Part shown: piece by piece, positions 13,632 to 27,204 of the stretch | Layout of the letters: each line of letters opens with the position of its first letter | How positions within the stretch are numbered: position 1 is the stretch's first letter | Assembly (NCBI GenBank): GCA_964016885.1 | Contig: OZ024742.1 | Location: forward strand, 219,852,001 to 219,916,000 | Reading direction: 5' to 3' | Source: Eledone cirrhosa | Lineage: Eukaryota | Length of the DNA stretch: 64,000 nucleotides | Position numbers and translations under genes: made by a program | The notes under the pieces: generated by a model | What the model was told of the DNA's origin: nothing | Seen by the model: the letters and a program-made list of their open reading frames with translations, nothing else | Database searches by the model: none

Positions 13632-13846
13632 GGTGATGCTGGTAATGTTTATAGTGTCTATAGCAATGGTAGTGGTGATGCTGGTAATATTTATAGTGTC
13701 TATAGCAATGGTAGTGGTGATGCTGGTAATGTTTATAGTGTCTATAGCAATGGCAGTGGTGATGCTGGTAATGTTTATAGTGTCTATAGCAATGGTAGTG
13801 GCGATGCTGGTAATATTTATAGTGTCTATAGCAATGGTAGTGGTGA
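13632..13846. repeat. 42-bp minisatellite, about 5 copies
   Basis: Unit ggtgatgctggtaatRtttatagtgtctatagcaatggtagt. Confidence 0.92.
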
Positions 13847-14471
13847 AGTTGATGTTAATAATAATAAAGACAACGATATCTCAAACACTTAGGCAGTTAA
13901 TTAGCAATTTAATTTATAGTATCACAGATGTCTAATTATAAAGTAACCTGTGTTGTGGTTGCCGTTGTTGTTGTTTTTCATTATTGATCAATTTAACATT
14001 AAACTGAAATCAGCAAAAATATTCTTGTGAATCTTAAAAAGAATATAAAATAAAAGTCTATTTAGAAAGATTCCATATTTTGTTGGCAAAAAATAAAATA
14101 AAAAAAAGCAAGTAACAGATAATCATCATCATCATCATTTTTATTTCCACTTTTCCATATTAACATGGGCTGGATGAGATGTCCTTGTGGCAATATCTTA
14201 TAGGTGGATGCCCTTCTTGACACCAACCATCAATTGATTTTAAGTAACATATAAACCACTGATCTTCAACAAACTGCTAAGCTACAGCATGTTATTTATG
14301 CAGGACATAAGCAAACATCATAACTTGCTTATATGAATACCATAGAAACAAACACATATGTGTTTATGTGTATATATATTTTTACATATCTATATATGTG
14401 TGCGTATGTGTATACATACATACTCACACACGTATATGTGTGTGTAATTCAAATTAAAGACACACACACAC

Positions 14472-14522
<51 letters not shown>

Positions 14523-14680
14523 AAGAACCATATATCTATGTGAATACACAATATATTGCATATATACAAAGCACATATTACAAAGAAAATTATGTACTCT
14601 AGATGGAAACAATAAAATTCCTTATAGTGCTATTTCATGCCTTGTAAAACCGTAACTTATTCTTATGTTCATGTGTGTGT

Positions 14681-14723
<43 letters not shown>

Positions 14724-14975
14724 AACTCACACCTTATATATATTATGAGAAACCATCCCGGAGGGAAGTGTTTCTACTAGTAATTTCAATAAAATTATCT
14801 CAACATGAGAGGGGAGGGGAAAATAACAGTGGCTCCATTAAAACGTAAATTTTATATTGAGACAAACTCGTGATACAATTATCATTTATAAGAATTATAA
14901 TTTATGGCTTGTTGAATACAGTTCAATAGTTTAAGCTTGCATTGCAAAACGCAAAGGAAGAAGTGTCAACATATT

Positions 14976-15759
14976 TACTATATATACTTGCATATAAGCT
15001 GAGAAATTTGTGACAAAATAATCGATGGTGAAATGGGGTTGACTTATATTTGAGGTCCAGATTTTGCTGATTTTGCCCAACTTTAAATTCTACATAAATA
15101 AGTTTCTAAAATACCTGGAATGATTATTTTACAATGAAACTCTGTTTTTCTGTCTACTACATCATCATTAATGTTATTTATGTATTCTCTTGAAAATATT
15201 TCCAACAAATGTTTTATAATTGGAACTTTTTAATGCAAAAATATCCATACACATACACTCATGCCCTCATACGTTTTTCTATAACTTAATAATACTTTTT
15301 CTTTCAATCTTATGTGAGATTGAAATCTTACTTCTGACTTGTGTTTTATAGCTCTCACGCTCTCTCCCTTCTCTTGGTCTCTCCCTCCTTCTTCTACTCT
15401 ATGAATCCCTATACAAAGTTCTCATATTCAATCTCTTGCTTTTATCTACACCAAGCATGTGAGTGGCTGGAAATAAACAAAAACTCAAGAAACTTGTTGA
15501 AACATTATAAAACGGATAAAATGATAAAAAAGTATTATGTGATGAAACAAAATCCGTATTCTAAAAGGCACTTAAAACAACATTTTAAACATCAAAATCT
15601 GAAAATTTCATAAATATCTTTTATACGCATGAGAATTTCAAAACAATACTGTTAAAACATGTGTTAATCAACTGCCCCGGCTTATAAACGGGGTTTGGAT
15701 TTTTGCCCATTTCTCAGACATAAAATAGGTGGGTTGGCTTTATTTGAGTATATACAGCA
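14976..15759. mobile_element. pogo/Tigger-like non-autonomous DNA transposon relic
   Basis: Ends tactatatatacttgcatataagctga and ttggctttatttgagtatatacagca are imperfect inverted repeats resembling TACCGTATATACTCG-type TIRs. Confidence 0.5.
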
Positions 15760-16464
15760 CTTCAATTTAAAATATTTGAATAGAATCAGTTAAACAGAAC
15801 ATAGCTTCTTTGGTTTTATTTGTGCAATTTGGCAATGTTAATGAAGTTATTCAAAAAATGACAGATTTATGAGATTTTAAAGCATTCATATTTTAGTATG
15901 AATTATGAAAACATCTTATCAAAAATATTTTCAAACTGTTTCTTAAAGCAGTTATAAGAAGCTGAATTTGCCAAGTTTCATGTTATCTTTGACATACATT
16001 TTAAATTTATTAGAGTGATCTATAACACCTAAGCTAGTAACACTATTACTATCACAGTCAACAAACTAATAACAAAAAGGAAAGAAAATTGAAATTAGTT
16101 GTCACTAGTTTGTGCGTCATATTAGTAATTCATACCATACTTCATTTTGTGATAAATATGTCAAATTATTTGGAGAATATTGCAGTGTTGGTTAATGAAT
16201 TTGTGACTATATAACAGTAGAATAGATAGAGGAAATGTCAGTGGTTTTAGACTGTTGGTGTTTATATAGATATACATACTTATAGTAGTAAAAATAGATA
16301 ATCTACCACAAGTTTGGTGGTTTTAGCTAGTTACTACTTCTCAAGGCAACTAGCCGAAACTGCCGAGCTCATGGTAGATTTAATAACATACCCATTCTAT
16401 ATCATACCATGTATTGAGTACTTCTTTCATTTGTGGTCTATCTGGTGCAGACTATCAATAAATA

Positions 16465-17345
16465 TCATCATCATCACAATTTAATGTCCATTTTTCTACA
16501 CAAGCATGTGTTAGACGAGTTGTCCTGCTGTGAGACAAACCAGATCAGATGACTGTGTCTTGATAATACAGAACTCTTTCTGGTTTGGTTTCTATGGCTG
16601 GATGCCTTCTTAACATCAACTACATGTACAGTGTAGACTGGGTGCTTTTTGTCGTGATACCTAAATGACCACTACAGTGTGGACTGGGTGCTTTTTGTTG
16701 TGTCATCTAAACAACCACTTTACCATGTGGACTGAGCACTTTTTGTCATAGCACCAAAACGACCACATTAAAGTGTGGATTGGGGGAGGTATGCGGGGAC
16801 TGATGAGTTAGATCTAGGGTGGGGCACTTAACTGGAGATGTGTGTAGGGATGTGGATGAAGTGTGGGGTGTTAGGACAGGGGAGGTGCATGGATGAAGGG
16901 TGGGGAGTTTGGGAGGTAGTGCATACAAGATATATGCTTCAACTCATGCAAATAGTTACAGTACTTTCAGAACACCCATCTTCACTGCTAATTTGGTTAC
17001 CCAGGTAACATAAACTATCAGTTACTTCTACTGAGCCCTCTGCACATTTAAAGGAGCTATTGTCCTGTGGGCTCTTGCTGCTTACTGCACTTGTGCAATG
17101 ACAACATATAAAACCTGCTTTCTTTGCTAGCCTACACAAAATCCCACAATTTTGTGTACCCATAATTTGCATTTGGGATATAAGATGGAATTTATACCTA
17201 CTCCTTTCTTGCACACTGAGCAAGGCCATTTCCCTGAAGGAATCTGGGCCCTGTTTTCCTTTCTATATACTAGGACTTTTGGTCTTTGCCAAGTTGACAT
17301 GAAGACTACATACTAGGACTTTGGTTTTTGCCAGGTTGACTATAA
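16465..17345 (-). mobile_element. Old RTE family 1-like fragment with tandemly repeated UTR units
   Basis: SFKCAEGSVEVTDSLCYLGNQISSEDGCSEST matches family 1; 3' UTR with ~48-bp units and a (GAT)n tail. Confidence 0.75.
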
Positions 17346-17349
17346 GACC

Positions 17350-18260
17350 AAATATTCACACTGTGGTAGGTCTTTGAGTATTGCCAAGAGGGATAAACTC
17401 TCTGAGCAAACTGAGGATGTTGAGGCAGAGTTGAGATTGTTCAGCTTGGTAGTTTCTGCTTCAGCTGTTAAATGTTGTGGGCAGGAGGACTCCATGGTAT
17501 GACCAAGAGGTCAAAAATGCCATCCGAGCAAAGGACGCCTACAAAGCTAGGCTTGGAAATAAGTCCCTCTTGCACTTGTAGTAGAGGCAGGCACAAAGAA
17601 TCGCAGCAGAGACAGTAAAGGCATCCAAATTTATGACATGGGAGGACTTTGGGGTTAAGCTGGAATCTGACTTCAGATCAGCAAACAAAATGTTCTGGCA
17701 GGCCAGCTGCCAACTTTGTAATAAGAAGCCCTCCTCCACACATGGTATCAGGAATGCATGTGGGGTTCTCCTCACTTTAGTAAGGTGTGTCCTCATGAGG
17801 TGGAGAGAATCCTTTACTGAGCTCCTAAACCTAATCACAACAGCATCTTCTGATGTTCACGGAGTGCATCTAGGGAAGGTGAAATCTGGCCCAAGATGTT
17901 ACAAGCTTAAATAGAGAAGGTATTCTCTGGCTGACTCACGTGTGCCGGGTGACCTGGATCTTTGGAAAAGAACCTAGGCAATGGCAATTTGGAATGATAA
18001 TCTCAATTTTCAGAAAGGGAGACAAGAAATATTGTTCCAATTATAATGCAATCCCCTTGTTAAGCCTCCCTGGTAAAGTCTATGCTAAGTGTCTGGTAGA
18101 GAGATGAAGGGAGATTGTCGAATCCAAGCTATCTGATGAACAGTGTGGTTTTCACCCCAGACACAAAACAGCCAACCAACTATTCACACTGTGGTAGGTC
18201 TTCGAGTATTGCTAAGAGGTATATTTTTGTTTTGTAGACACCAAAAAAGCATATGTCTGC
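17350..18260 (+). mobile_element. Decayed RTE-clade (Rex3/Expander-like) LINE fragment
   Basis: WEDFGVKLESDFRSANKMFW...IFRKGDKKYCSNY...SLPGKVYAK...DEQCGF...FCFVD. Confidence 0.75.
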
Positions 18261-20297
18261 ATTTCTCTCTCTCTATATATATATAAGCTATAAGCATGTA
18301 TAAATTAGAATATAGTGGAGATTGAACATTTTGAAAATAGAATTAGAAGCTTTCACCATATATTGGCTACAGAAAATAACCCAGTGTTAGGACGTATGAA
18401 CCCCATAATGGAAAAAAGTGGGTTTTAGCAGGTGTGCAAATAGAAACCACATCTCTTATTTTCATGAATGATACAATATATACAATCTTGTAGCAGGCCA
18501 GCTAAACTTGTCTTGCATAAATCTGAGCCGAAAGTGATATTTTTTTTTTAGTTTTTTTTTTTAGTTTTAGTACAGAAAATGTCACTTTAAATAGAAATGT
18601 AATTGTGAAGTATAAGAGTGATGCAAATGATTTGCAAATGTGACCACTGATTGTCTAATTAGAGTTACAGAAAATATCAAACTATAAACAAAGTGAAGAG
18701 AGGATACTGAAATGGAAAGAAAAAGTGAAAGAGAGGAAGCAAAGGGAATGAAAAGTTAAGAATGAAAGAGAGATGTAGAGGTGTGTAAGTGAAAGTAAGA
18801 GATGATAATAGTCTGAGACACAGTGTGGTAGTAAGAGAAGCTAAAATGGGTGACAACATTGAAGCTAAACGGAAATGATAACAACTGCTGGGGGTGTTGT
18901 AAGATTGGAATATTTTTTTCTCGGGCATTATGGATGTCTTTCATTATTTGGGGGTTGATCAAATAAGTACCAGCCAAGTACTGATCAATATAATTGACTG
19001 CTCCCTCCCCCACCAAAGACTTGTGTCTATGTAAAAATTCATTGTTGATGGAAACATCACAAATAAAAATGCATTTTTAAGTTGCAGAGAAACTGAAGAA
19101 ATGTGATTTTAAATAGAAATGTAATTGTAAGGTAAAGAAAAGACACATATGATTCAAAATGAGTGTCTAATTTAAATTACAGAAGATATTGAAATGTAGA
19201 CAAGATGTAGAGATCAATGGATAATAGAAAATTGAAAAAATAAAAGGTAGAGGGACATAGATAGAAAGGGAGAGTAGAACAAAAACAATTAAAGAGAGGG
19301 GAGTGGGTGGTGAATGAAAGTGAGAAATGGTAATAGAGAATATCAGTATAAGGTGGAAAAACAAAACACATGGATTCAGCACTGTGGTGGCAATGACACA
19401 GTAGGTGATAGCTACATACAAAAGAAAGGGTGGGGAGGAAATGAATATCACAAATGTTTTCAGACAAACGTTTTCAAATATTATCATCATCAGATGAATA
19501 TCAGTGTTGTAGTGTGTTGATGTGTGAAGGTTTATGTATCAGTGGTGAGTGTAAGTCTGTGTATCCATGCATTAGCCTTAATCCATTGTCGTTCAACAAA
19601 GTTATGCCATAGTAGGAGACAATTGAAGAATTTATTAAGATAGAGTTTTTTCTGTAGCCTTCCCAATTTTATTGTAAGATAGTTGCCCTGGGATCTTTGA
19701 AAATTACCATTTTAAAGTTAGTTTATTGATTGAAATTTTGCAAATATAATGTGATTGGGTTAAATCACTGAATAGAAACATTCTATATTCTGCTGGTTAA
19801 TCTGTGCTGTTATAAATTATTAGTGAAATTTAATGTGCCTTTTCAAAGGGAAAACTTTCCATTCAGGGTTAGCATCTTTAATTATAATTGCATTTAATTC
19901 ATGTAATGCATATTAATCCTTAACGAGAAAAGGGAAATATCATAATGAAACAATATGCCAAAATCTTTTTCATGTAGAATTTTAATAATTTAATTGAAAG
20001 ATACTAACAAATAAACTAAAAGTAAAAATATTGTAAAGACCAGAAAATTTAGAATGGCTTTGTTAGTTAAATGTTGTCTTTAAGTGAAAATTTCCAAAAG
20101 CATTAGCTTCCAAATTTATATTGTTATTGTTTAGTCACACACCAACTCACTAGCAGACTAATAACTAAAGGCATTCCAACTGTGACCACCCCATTTTATT
20201 TTTTTCCAGTCATGGTGTATCTAGAAAAACAGTATTTAGTATGTATTTCATTTAACAAAAAAATAAAAATAAAAAAATAAATAAAGTGTGGTGTGAT

Positions 20298-20467
20298 TTA
20301 ACTCACAACATCCTGTCATGATTTAGCAGAAAATATCTAAAAATGGGTTTGTTAATTCAGATGTCTATAGTATCTTTACTCGAGGGTAGACTGTTGTGAA
20401 AATTTGCAGAGTGGTTTTATACTTTTGAAGGATATGATTGCATGTGGTACAGGACATTAAGAGTTAA
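20298..20467. mobile_element. piggyBac-like MITE relic
   Basis: TTAA-ctcacaacatcctgt ... acaggacattaagag-TTAA; imperfect TIRs with TTAA at both ends. Confidence 0.5.
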
Positions 20468-20651
20468 AGGAGATTTAGCAGTTAACTATGGCAGACTGAG
20501 TAACCTTATAGTGGCTTATGCAAATAACTCATTAATTAAATGAATGAGTCAGAGAAATGTGTTTATCTAGAATTATTGAGTTCTCGTGTTTAAAATTTAA
20601 GAATGAATTGACTATGTTAGTTTCCCCAATGTTCTGAAAACTAGACATTTA

Positions 20652-21045
20652 ATAATTGTTTCTACTTTAGGCACAAGGCCAGCAATTTAGGGGAGAGGAA
20701 AGTCAATTAAATTGACCCCAGTAGGTTGAAAGGCAAAGCTAACCTTGGCAGGATTTGAACTCAAAACATAAAGGATCATAACTCTATGCTACACAGCAGG
20801 GTATCCGGTACTCTACTGATACTGCCAATCCACTGCCCTTAAAAAGCACATTTAATAATTGTTTCTACTTTAGGCACAAGGTCAGCAAATACCCAGTGCA
20901 TTACTGGTACTTTATTTTATCGACCCCGTAAGGATGAAAGGCAAAGTCAACCTCGGCGGGATTTGAACTCAGATCGTAAAGGGACGTAACTATGCTGGAA
21001 AGCATGGCATCTGACCCTCTACTGATACTGCCAATCCACCGCCCT
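20652..21045 (-). mobile_element. Two tandem Nin-domain tRNA-derived SINEs
   Basis: Minus strand has tggcagtatc (A box), gagttcaaatc (B box) and gcctttcatccttacggggtcgataaaat; second copy flanked by an aaaaagcacatttaataat TSD. Confidence 0.85.
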
Positions 21046-22707
21046 TTAAAAAGCACATTTAATAATGCTGTCTCACATTGACATGCTGTCATTTTGGCCC
21101 ATCACACTGACACAGTGTCATAGTAGTCCCTATTGGCATTCTGTCACTAGGACGTCTCATAATGACACACTGTCTTAACCTGTCTTAACCAGTACCCACA
21201 TTGGAATGGGGTTGTAAATTTACATAAGGCAATGCAATAAACTGGAATTAGCTTAATACATAAAAGGTACTTAATTTATTGGATTCCCAGAAACATAACC
21301 AGAGATGAAAAGCAAATTTGATCTCAGTAGGATTTGAAACATTGAAGCAGTGTAGTGGAACTAAATACAGAAATGTTTGGCCATTTCTTCCACATCACTG
21401 ATAATTAATAACATTAATAAGAAAAATATTAATAATTTAGCTTTAAAAAAAATAAAACATGTAAAACAAACTTTACACTCAACAGTGTGAGCTGATAAAT
21501 TGCAAATTTATTTTTGAGCTCATTACTGCAATGACAATCAACTTTAACACACATCTTCACCATCAGGACGCACATCCTCGCCATCAATGCAATTAAGATG
21601 CTCACATCAACATCTATAGAAAGTTGCTTTTTACAAGAATTTATGTGCTATATTGAGACATTTGTGACAATAATTACACAATTTACAGCAGGACTACAAA
21701 TGTTTCCATTTGAATTGATTAAGATATTTTTGTATTAGCTCTGGCTCAGTATCAAAATATATATAAATTTTCTAGCATAACTTTTTCTATAAATGAGACT
21801 AATTTATTGCTTTTATTTCTTATAAGATCAGGAGCCTATTAAATAAATTTACTGATTAATTTTCAACATCAAACTCTTGACAGTGTCTATTTATGTCAAG
21901 AAATTATTTAAATGCATTTACACACACATGTATATATATATCATCATCATCATTAGCAGCATTTTATGTCTGCTTTCCATGTTGATATGAGTTGGATGGG
22001 TTGGAAGACCGACTTTTGCTCTAACATTTCAATTTTTAGTATGGTTTCTATAGTTGGATACTTTTCTTAATGCCAACTACTTTACAAAATGTACAGGGTG
22101 TATTCTATATTGGTACCATGATATGTGCATAATTGTACCATGATATGTGTATAATTATATCAGATGTGTAATGACAACAATCATGACTCTTTTCAGAGTC
22201 TAAGAGACAAGTGGGAGGAAACAAAGAAGTTATCTTCAAACCAAAAACCTAACACAAATATTTGCAATGAATGGACTCTGCTAAAGCTACTCATAATTAG
22301 TGTTGGTGTTCAACTGGGTAACTGAAAAGGTCTTTTTGACAGGCTTCCTGTCTACCAAATTTCATTCACAGAAATTTTGTTGACCTGAGGCTTTGGTAGA
22401 ATACACCCATTAATGTTGCTGTGAGGCCAGATTGAACTCAAAACTAGATACTTGTGTGTTTTACACACACAAACATGTTTCCTGAAGTATAATATAATTA
22501 TTTGTTCATTTTGTCAGGTTTTTACTTTCTTGTTGCTTTCCATTGTTTAGTTAATGGAATGATTATTTTCATAGCTTCCTATCACATCACCTGCTACAAT
22601 TAGTAGAGTGGTGTTCAGTATTTGTTCTGATTCTCTGCACCCTGAGTTCAAATCCTAGCAAGATCAACTTTGCCTGTCATCCTTTCGGGCTTGATAAAAT
22701 GATAAGT

Positions 22708-22900
22708 GAAGACTTGTGGCTTAGTGGTTAGAGAATTCGATTCACAATCGTGAAGTTGGGAGTACAATTCTCAAACCAGGTGATGAGTTATGTCTTCAAG
22801 CAAGACACTTTATTTCATGCTACTCTTTCTGTCAGTAGATAGAATCAGCTATGGAAAGATTAATGGAAACATTATTTCCTTGGTCTAACTTGAAAAGTTC
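22708..22900 (+). mobile_element. SINE with family B head and alternative tail
   Basis: tggcttagtggttagag...agcaagacactttatttca; tail shared with 56716-56936 and ~49120-49243. Confidence 0.7.
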
Positions 22901-23562
22901 CACCTCACACAGTAAGTGAAAAAAAAAAAAAGGTGATGTAACAGTTCAGACTGGTGCTTTGGCAGATTTGTTAGATCACAGGATGAGATGCCTTGCAATA
23001 TTTGTTCTGAATCTTTGCTTTCTGGGTTCAAATCCTGCTGTGGCCAACTTGGGGGCTAGACATAATCCATTGTCTGGTTTAACACTACGCTCTGACCATT
23101 GGATAGCAGTCTGAGGACACCTTTCCTTCATCCCACCAGTTAACATAGCTCTAAAATAGGTCATAGTCACTGTCCTTCCTTGATTAAACAATAAAAATTA
23201 AAATTTCAAATAGAGAAAATAACTGCAACAAAAAATAATAGCTTTAGAAAATTGGGTAAAATACATGAAGAAATTTTAAATCACATAAGTGTTTTGATAA
23301 TTCATAAAATTTGTCTATGTCTGGCTCTAGCTGCAAGTTGTTTAGTCCATCTTAAATTTGACAGAATTCATAGTCCTGCCACTTAGCCTAATGGCTGGTA
23401 TTCAAGAGATACAGAGTTTGATATTCTGTTGTGGCTTCTGGCCATTTTTTCTGTCTCTAGGGGTATTTTACACTATTTTCTAAAGCTAATATATAGCAAT
23501 CGATTATTGTGTACTGTGTGAATTCATTGCGATATAATTATCTTACACACACATTTTATTAA

Positions 23563-23965
23563 GGAAACCGATGAAGTTTCATTTAAATGTATTTAGTTTT
23601 TTTATTGTCTATCGACCTGTTCTACATGTTTCACAGAGGATTGGCTCAAGATCCCCCATAAAAGCTATGAACATGACTCCATTATCGATCTGCTCTTTGG
23701 ACTGGCGATTCAACAAAAAATACACTGTTTTTGTTGAATCACCAGTCTGAGGAGCAGATCGATAATTGAGTCAAATTAATAAATTCTATGGGTGACCTTG
23801 AGCCAATCCTCTGTGAAACATGTGAAACAGATTGATAGACATTAAAAAACTAAATACATGTAAATAAAATTTCATCGTTTTTTCTAATATATACACTCTG
23901 CCTGTGCATTGAGTGCTCATTTTGGTACTACCAACAGTAATTCACTGAATGGTCCACAGGACTAT
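23563..23965 (+). mobile_element. Palindromic PLE-derived mini-element with decayed hammerheads
   Basis: ~155-bp diverged arms centred near 23723; CTGAGGA-GCAGA...TCTGT-GAAACATGT in the right arm; GAGTGCTC at 23911. Confidence 0.75.
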
Positions 23966-24371
23966 TCATCCTCGTATTCATCACCATGATCACCGTTTAA
24001 TGTCCATTTTTCCATGCTAACATGGAATACCCTCAGCCTGTCCTACTTTTTCTCTCCCCCTTAGGGTAGAGAGGGCTCTTCAGTGGAGTAAATGATCAAC
24101 AACAACTCTAGAACTGATGCCATGAGGGGGTGCACCCTCTAGGATAGCTGGTGACAGGCAGTGCCCACTGCTGTAGCAACTTTGCCACAAAAGATGTTAA
24201 GAGGACTCTCTAGTTTTCTCAAGAGCATGACAACATCTCAGTGTCTGTGAGCTACACAATGAATTTGAAGCAGCATTCGAACACAGAATGCATAGACAAG
24301 GTGCAAATATCTAATGCTCTAAAAACACTATAAAACAACCGCCTTATTTCTCTCTCTCATATATATATATA

Positions 24372-24842
24372 TTGAGATCGGTGTGGAAGTTGGACCTTTG
24401 TAAAGACCTGAAGATCTGTAGTGGAGTCTGTGCTGCTGTACGGGTCTGAGATTTGGACACTGACCAAGATACTCACTCAGATGGTGGATGGGTGCTGTAC
24501 GAGAATGCTGAGGATGGCTCTGAACATTAATCAGTATACACTGAGGATGAAGAACTCAGAGCTGTACGGGAGCCTCCCAAAAGTCAGCTCAAAAGTAGCT
24601 CAGAGGAGACTGAGGTTAGCTGGACATGCTCACCAACATCCAGGGTTTACATTACACTCAGTGCTCCTGTGGGAGCCCCTGCATAGACACACTAGTAGAG
24701 GGAGACCGAGGTTGACATATGTTGATGCTCTAAGGACAGACACTGGTCTCTTGGAGATGCAAAACATGGCAGCGATGTTGAGGGACAAAGACCACTGGAG
24801 AGAACTCGTGCATGGATCTCGGGAATTTTACCTGCCCTAGAT
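24372..24842 (+). mobile_element. RTE-clade LINE family 4, 3' fragment in (TA)n
   Basis: VESVLLYGSEIW...RRLRLAGH...RGRPRLTYVD; closely similar to 51398-51821. Confidence 0.85.
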
Positions 24843-24861
24843 ACATATATATATATATATA

Positions 24862-25140
24862 TATTTAATTACATAATAAACTACACAATATAATTATTCC
24901 ATTATCAAAGGTTTCAAGATACTACACGATCCTTACAGAAACGTCTGGCTCATTCATCAGACGTAATAGTTAAAACTATTTCATCTGATGAATGGGTCGG
25001 ATGTTTCTGTAAGGATCGTCTAGTTTCTTGAAACCTTTGGTAATGGAACAATTATATTGTGTTGTTTATTGTGTAATTAAATAGCTCTGTACTATACATA
25101 GAGCACTCTTCTTTTCTTTACCTTTTCTACGGAAATACTT
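24862..25140 (+). mobile_element. Palindromic PLE-derived mini-element with back-to-back hammerheads
   Basis: Arms 24862-24971 and 24973-25083, tail with GAGCACTC at 25101, microsatellite flanks. Confidence 0.85.
24979..25048 (+). ncRNA. Type I hammerhead ribozyme (mirror copy on the minus strand at ~24897-24966)
   Basis: TTTCAT-CTGATGA...GAA-ACC-ttt-GGT-A-ATGGAA. Stem I and stem III pair, GUA site, stem II imperfect. Confidence 0.75.
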
Positions 25141-25335
25141 AACACACACACAAACACACATATATATATATATTCAAAATAGAGAGTGCACAGGACAAAA
25201 ACAATGGAAAAAAACAACGGAAAGACAGACAGTCCTATCTCCTCAGTCCTATCTGGAAATCACTCAGGTTTCGGTTCATTAAGATCGATACCATTCATTC
25301 CAGTACGTATCGGGACATAGCAAAACACACACACG

Positions 25336-25401
<66 letters not shown>

Positions 25402-25404
<3 letters not shown>

Positions 25405-25874
25405 TGGTGAATTGTGTCTAAAAATATTGGTTGCCAGGAGATAAAGGGGGCTCACCCATATATAGAATTCTATCGTTTAATTTTTATAATGAATAAATAA
25501 CATTTTTAAAAAATACATAAGTGAAAACAAAACAGTGCAATCAAATTTTTACGGAAATGTGTATTTTTTTTACTAATTATAGTGTATATATATCTGGGAG
25601 TGTGTGTATGTGTGTACATGTACATGTGTATATATAGATTTATATATATGTATACATACATGCTTTCAACTTGTACAAACATTATTTAACTCATTCTCCC
25701 TAGGATTATAGACTGAAGAACTGACCACTAATTGATTTTAAATGTCTTTAACCCATTGATATCAAAAATTATTTGGCCAGCAGCTCATGGCAGCTCGTAT
25801 GTATGTGTAAGTATATATATATATATATATATATACGTGTGGTGTGTGTATATATATATATATATATACATGTG

Positions 25875-25928
<54 letters not shown>

Positions 25929-26707
25929 GTGTGGTATGTGTGTGTGTTCATGTATGTATGCATTTCCAGCTCATCTCCCTTACCATCCTCCAGGGAAACG
26001 CCTTCTCCATTCTGCCCACTGGGGCTGTGGGGCAGCCAGCATGTGGGTCCCCAATTGCTTACAATACAGAGAGATGGGGAGGGCAAGAGATATGGAGGCA
26101 ATGACAGTGGGAGTTCAGTTCTTTCGTGTTCAGACACATTGCATCTGTCATGTGGACCATTATTTACCATACTTTATGAGATAATTGTTTCTACTTTTGG
26201 CACAAGGCCAGCAAATTACCCAGTGCATTACTGGTACTTTATTTTATCGACCCCGTAAGGATGAAAGGCAAAGTCAACCTCGGCGGGATTTGAACTCAGA
26301 TCATAAAGGGACGTAACTATGCTGGAAAGCATGGCGTCCGACCCTCTACCGATACTGCCAATCCACCACCATACTTTATGAGATAATGACAGTCTATCGA
26401 TATGTTTATGCATGCATGAATGAATACAGTAAGCCAGTGACTCTAACTGTTAGCACTATCATATATTTTGGTTTCTATTAATTCCCTAGGGAATTGTTTG
26501 ACCAAAAGCTTTACTTATTTCTTTATTTATTTAAAAAAGAAATTATTCTTTATCTGAGACATTTTTTAAAAGATATTTTTTGAAAGCAAAGCATTGGACC
26601 CTAAAATACTACAGTGAGCCTCTGCAATGCTACCGTGGGCCCCTGTAGGGCTACTGTGTGCACCCTGGGGTCCACTTGCATTGGGCAACCTGGTCAGTTT
26701 GCCACTG
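25402..26707. mobile_element. hAT-like non-autonomous DNA transposon in (TA)n with a nested SINE
   Basis: TIRs cagtggtgaattg / cagtttgccactg directly abut TA tracts. Confidence 0.55.
26186..26367 (-). mobile_element. Nin-domain SINE
   Basis: Full copy flanked by the ~19-bp TSD ccatactttatgagataat. Confidence 0.9.
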
Positions 26708-26750
26708 TATGTATATATATATATATATATAGATAGATATATATATATAT

Positions 26751-26950
26751 AACAAAGGAAGTGTGGTAAGGAACCAGATGGACCATAATGCACCAGAGTA
26801 CTCAATACTTAGGGTAGTAGAATGGGTAATAGGAAAATGTTTAACCCCGATGGCAGAGATCAAGCCGTTTTAACAGCTATTTCTGGACGGCGTCCAGAAA
26901 TAGCTGTCGAAACCGCTTGAGCGCTGCCTTCGGGGTTAAACATTTTCCTA
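26751..26950 (-). mobile_element. Hairpin mini-element, copy 1
   Basis: 60-bp arms 26830-26950, 80-nt tail with GAGTACTC, (TA)n on both sides; second copy at 62068-62258. Confidence 0.85.
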
Positions 26951-26960
26951 TATATATATA

Positions 26961-27200
26961 TATTAGAATATAAATATTAATAAAATAGATGTTCTTTTGA
27001 TCAATTACATTTTATTATACATATTTCGGATGTACATCCGAAATATGTATAATAAAATGAAATTGATCAAAAGAACATCTATTTTATTAATATTTATATT
27101 GTAATATTAATAACTCTGGAAAATTATTTTCCGTAGAGTGCTTCCAATCTACTGTAAAACTCATTCTTTGATATACTCATTGAATTTTGTTTAACTCTTC
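26961..27200 (+). mobile_element. Palindromic mini-element centred on ggatgtacatcc
   Basis: 73-bp arms 26961-27106 with two mismatches; ccGAAATATGTATAAT half-hammerhead; GAGTGCTT at 27136. Confidence 0.8.
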
Positions 27201-27204
27201 AATA

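Noticed and set aside
13632-13846. CRISPR-like array
   Set aside because: Contiguous units without unique spacers, in a eukaryotic context.
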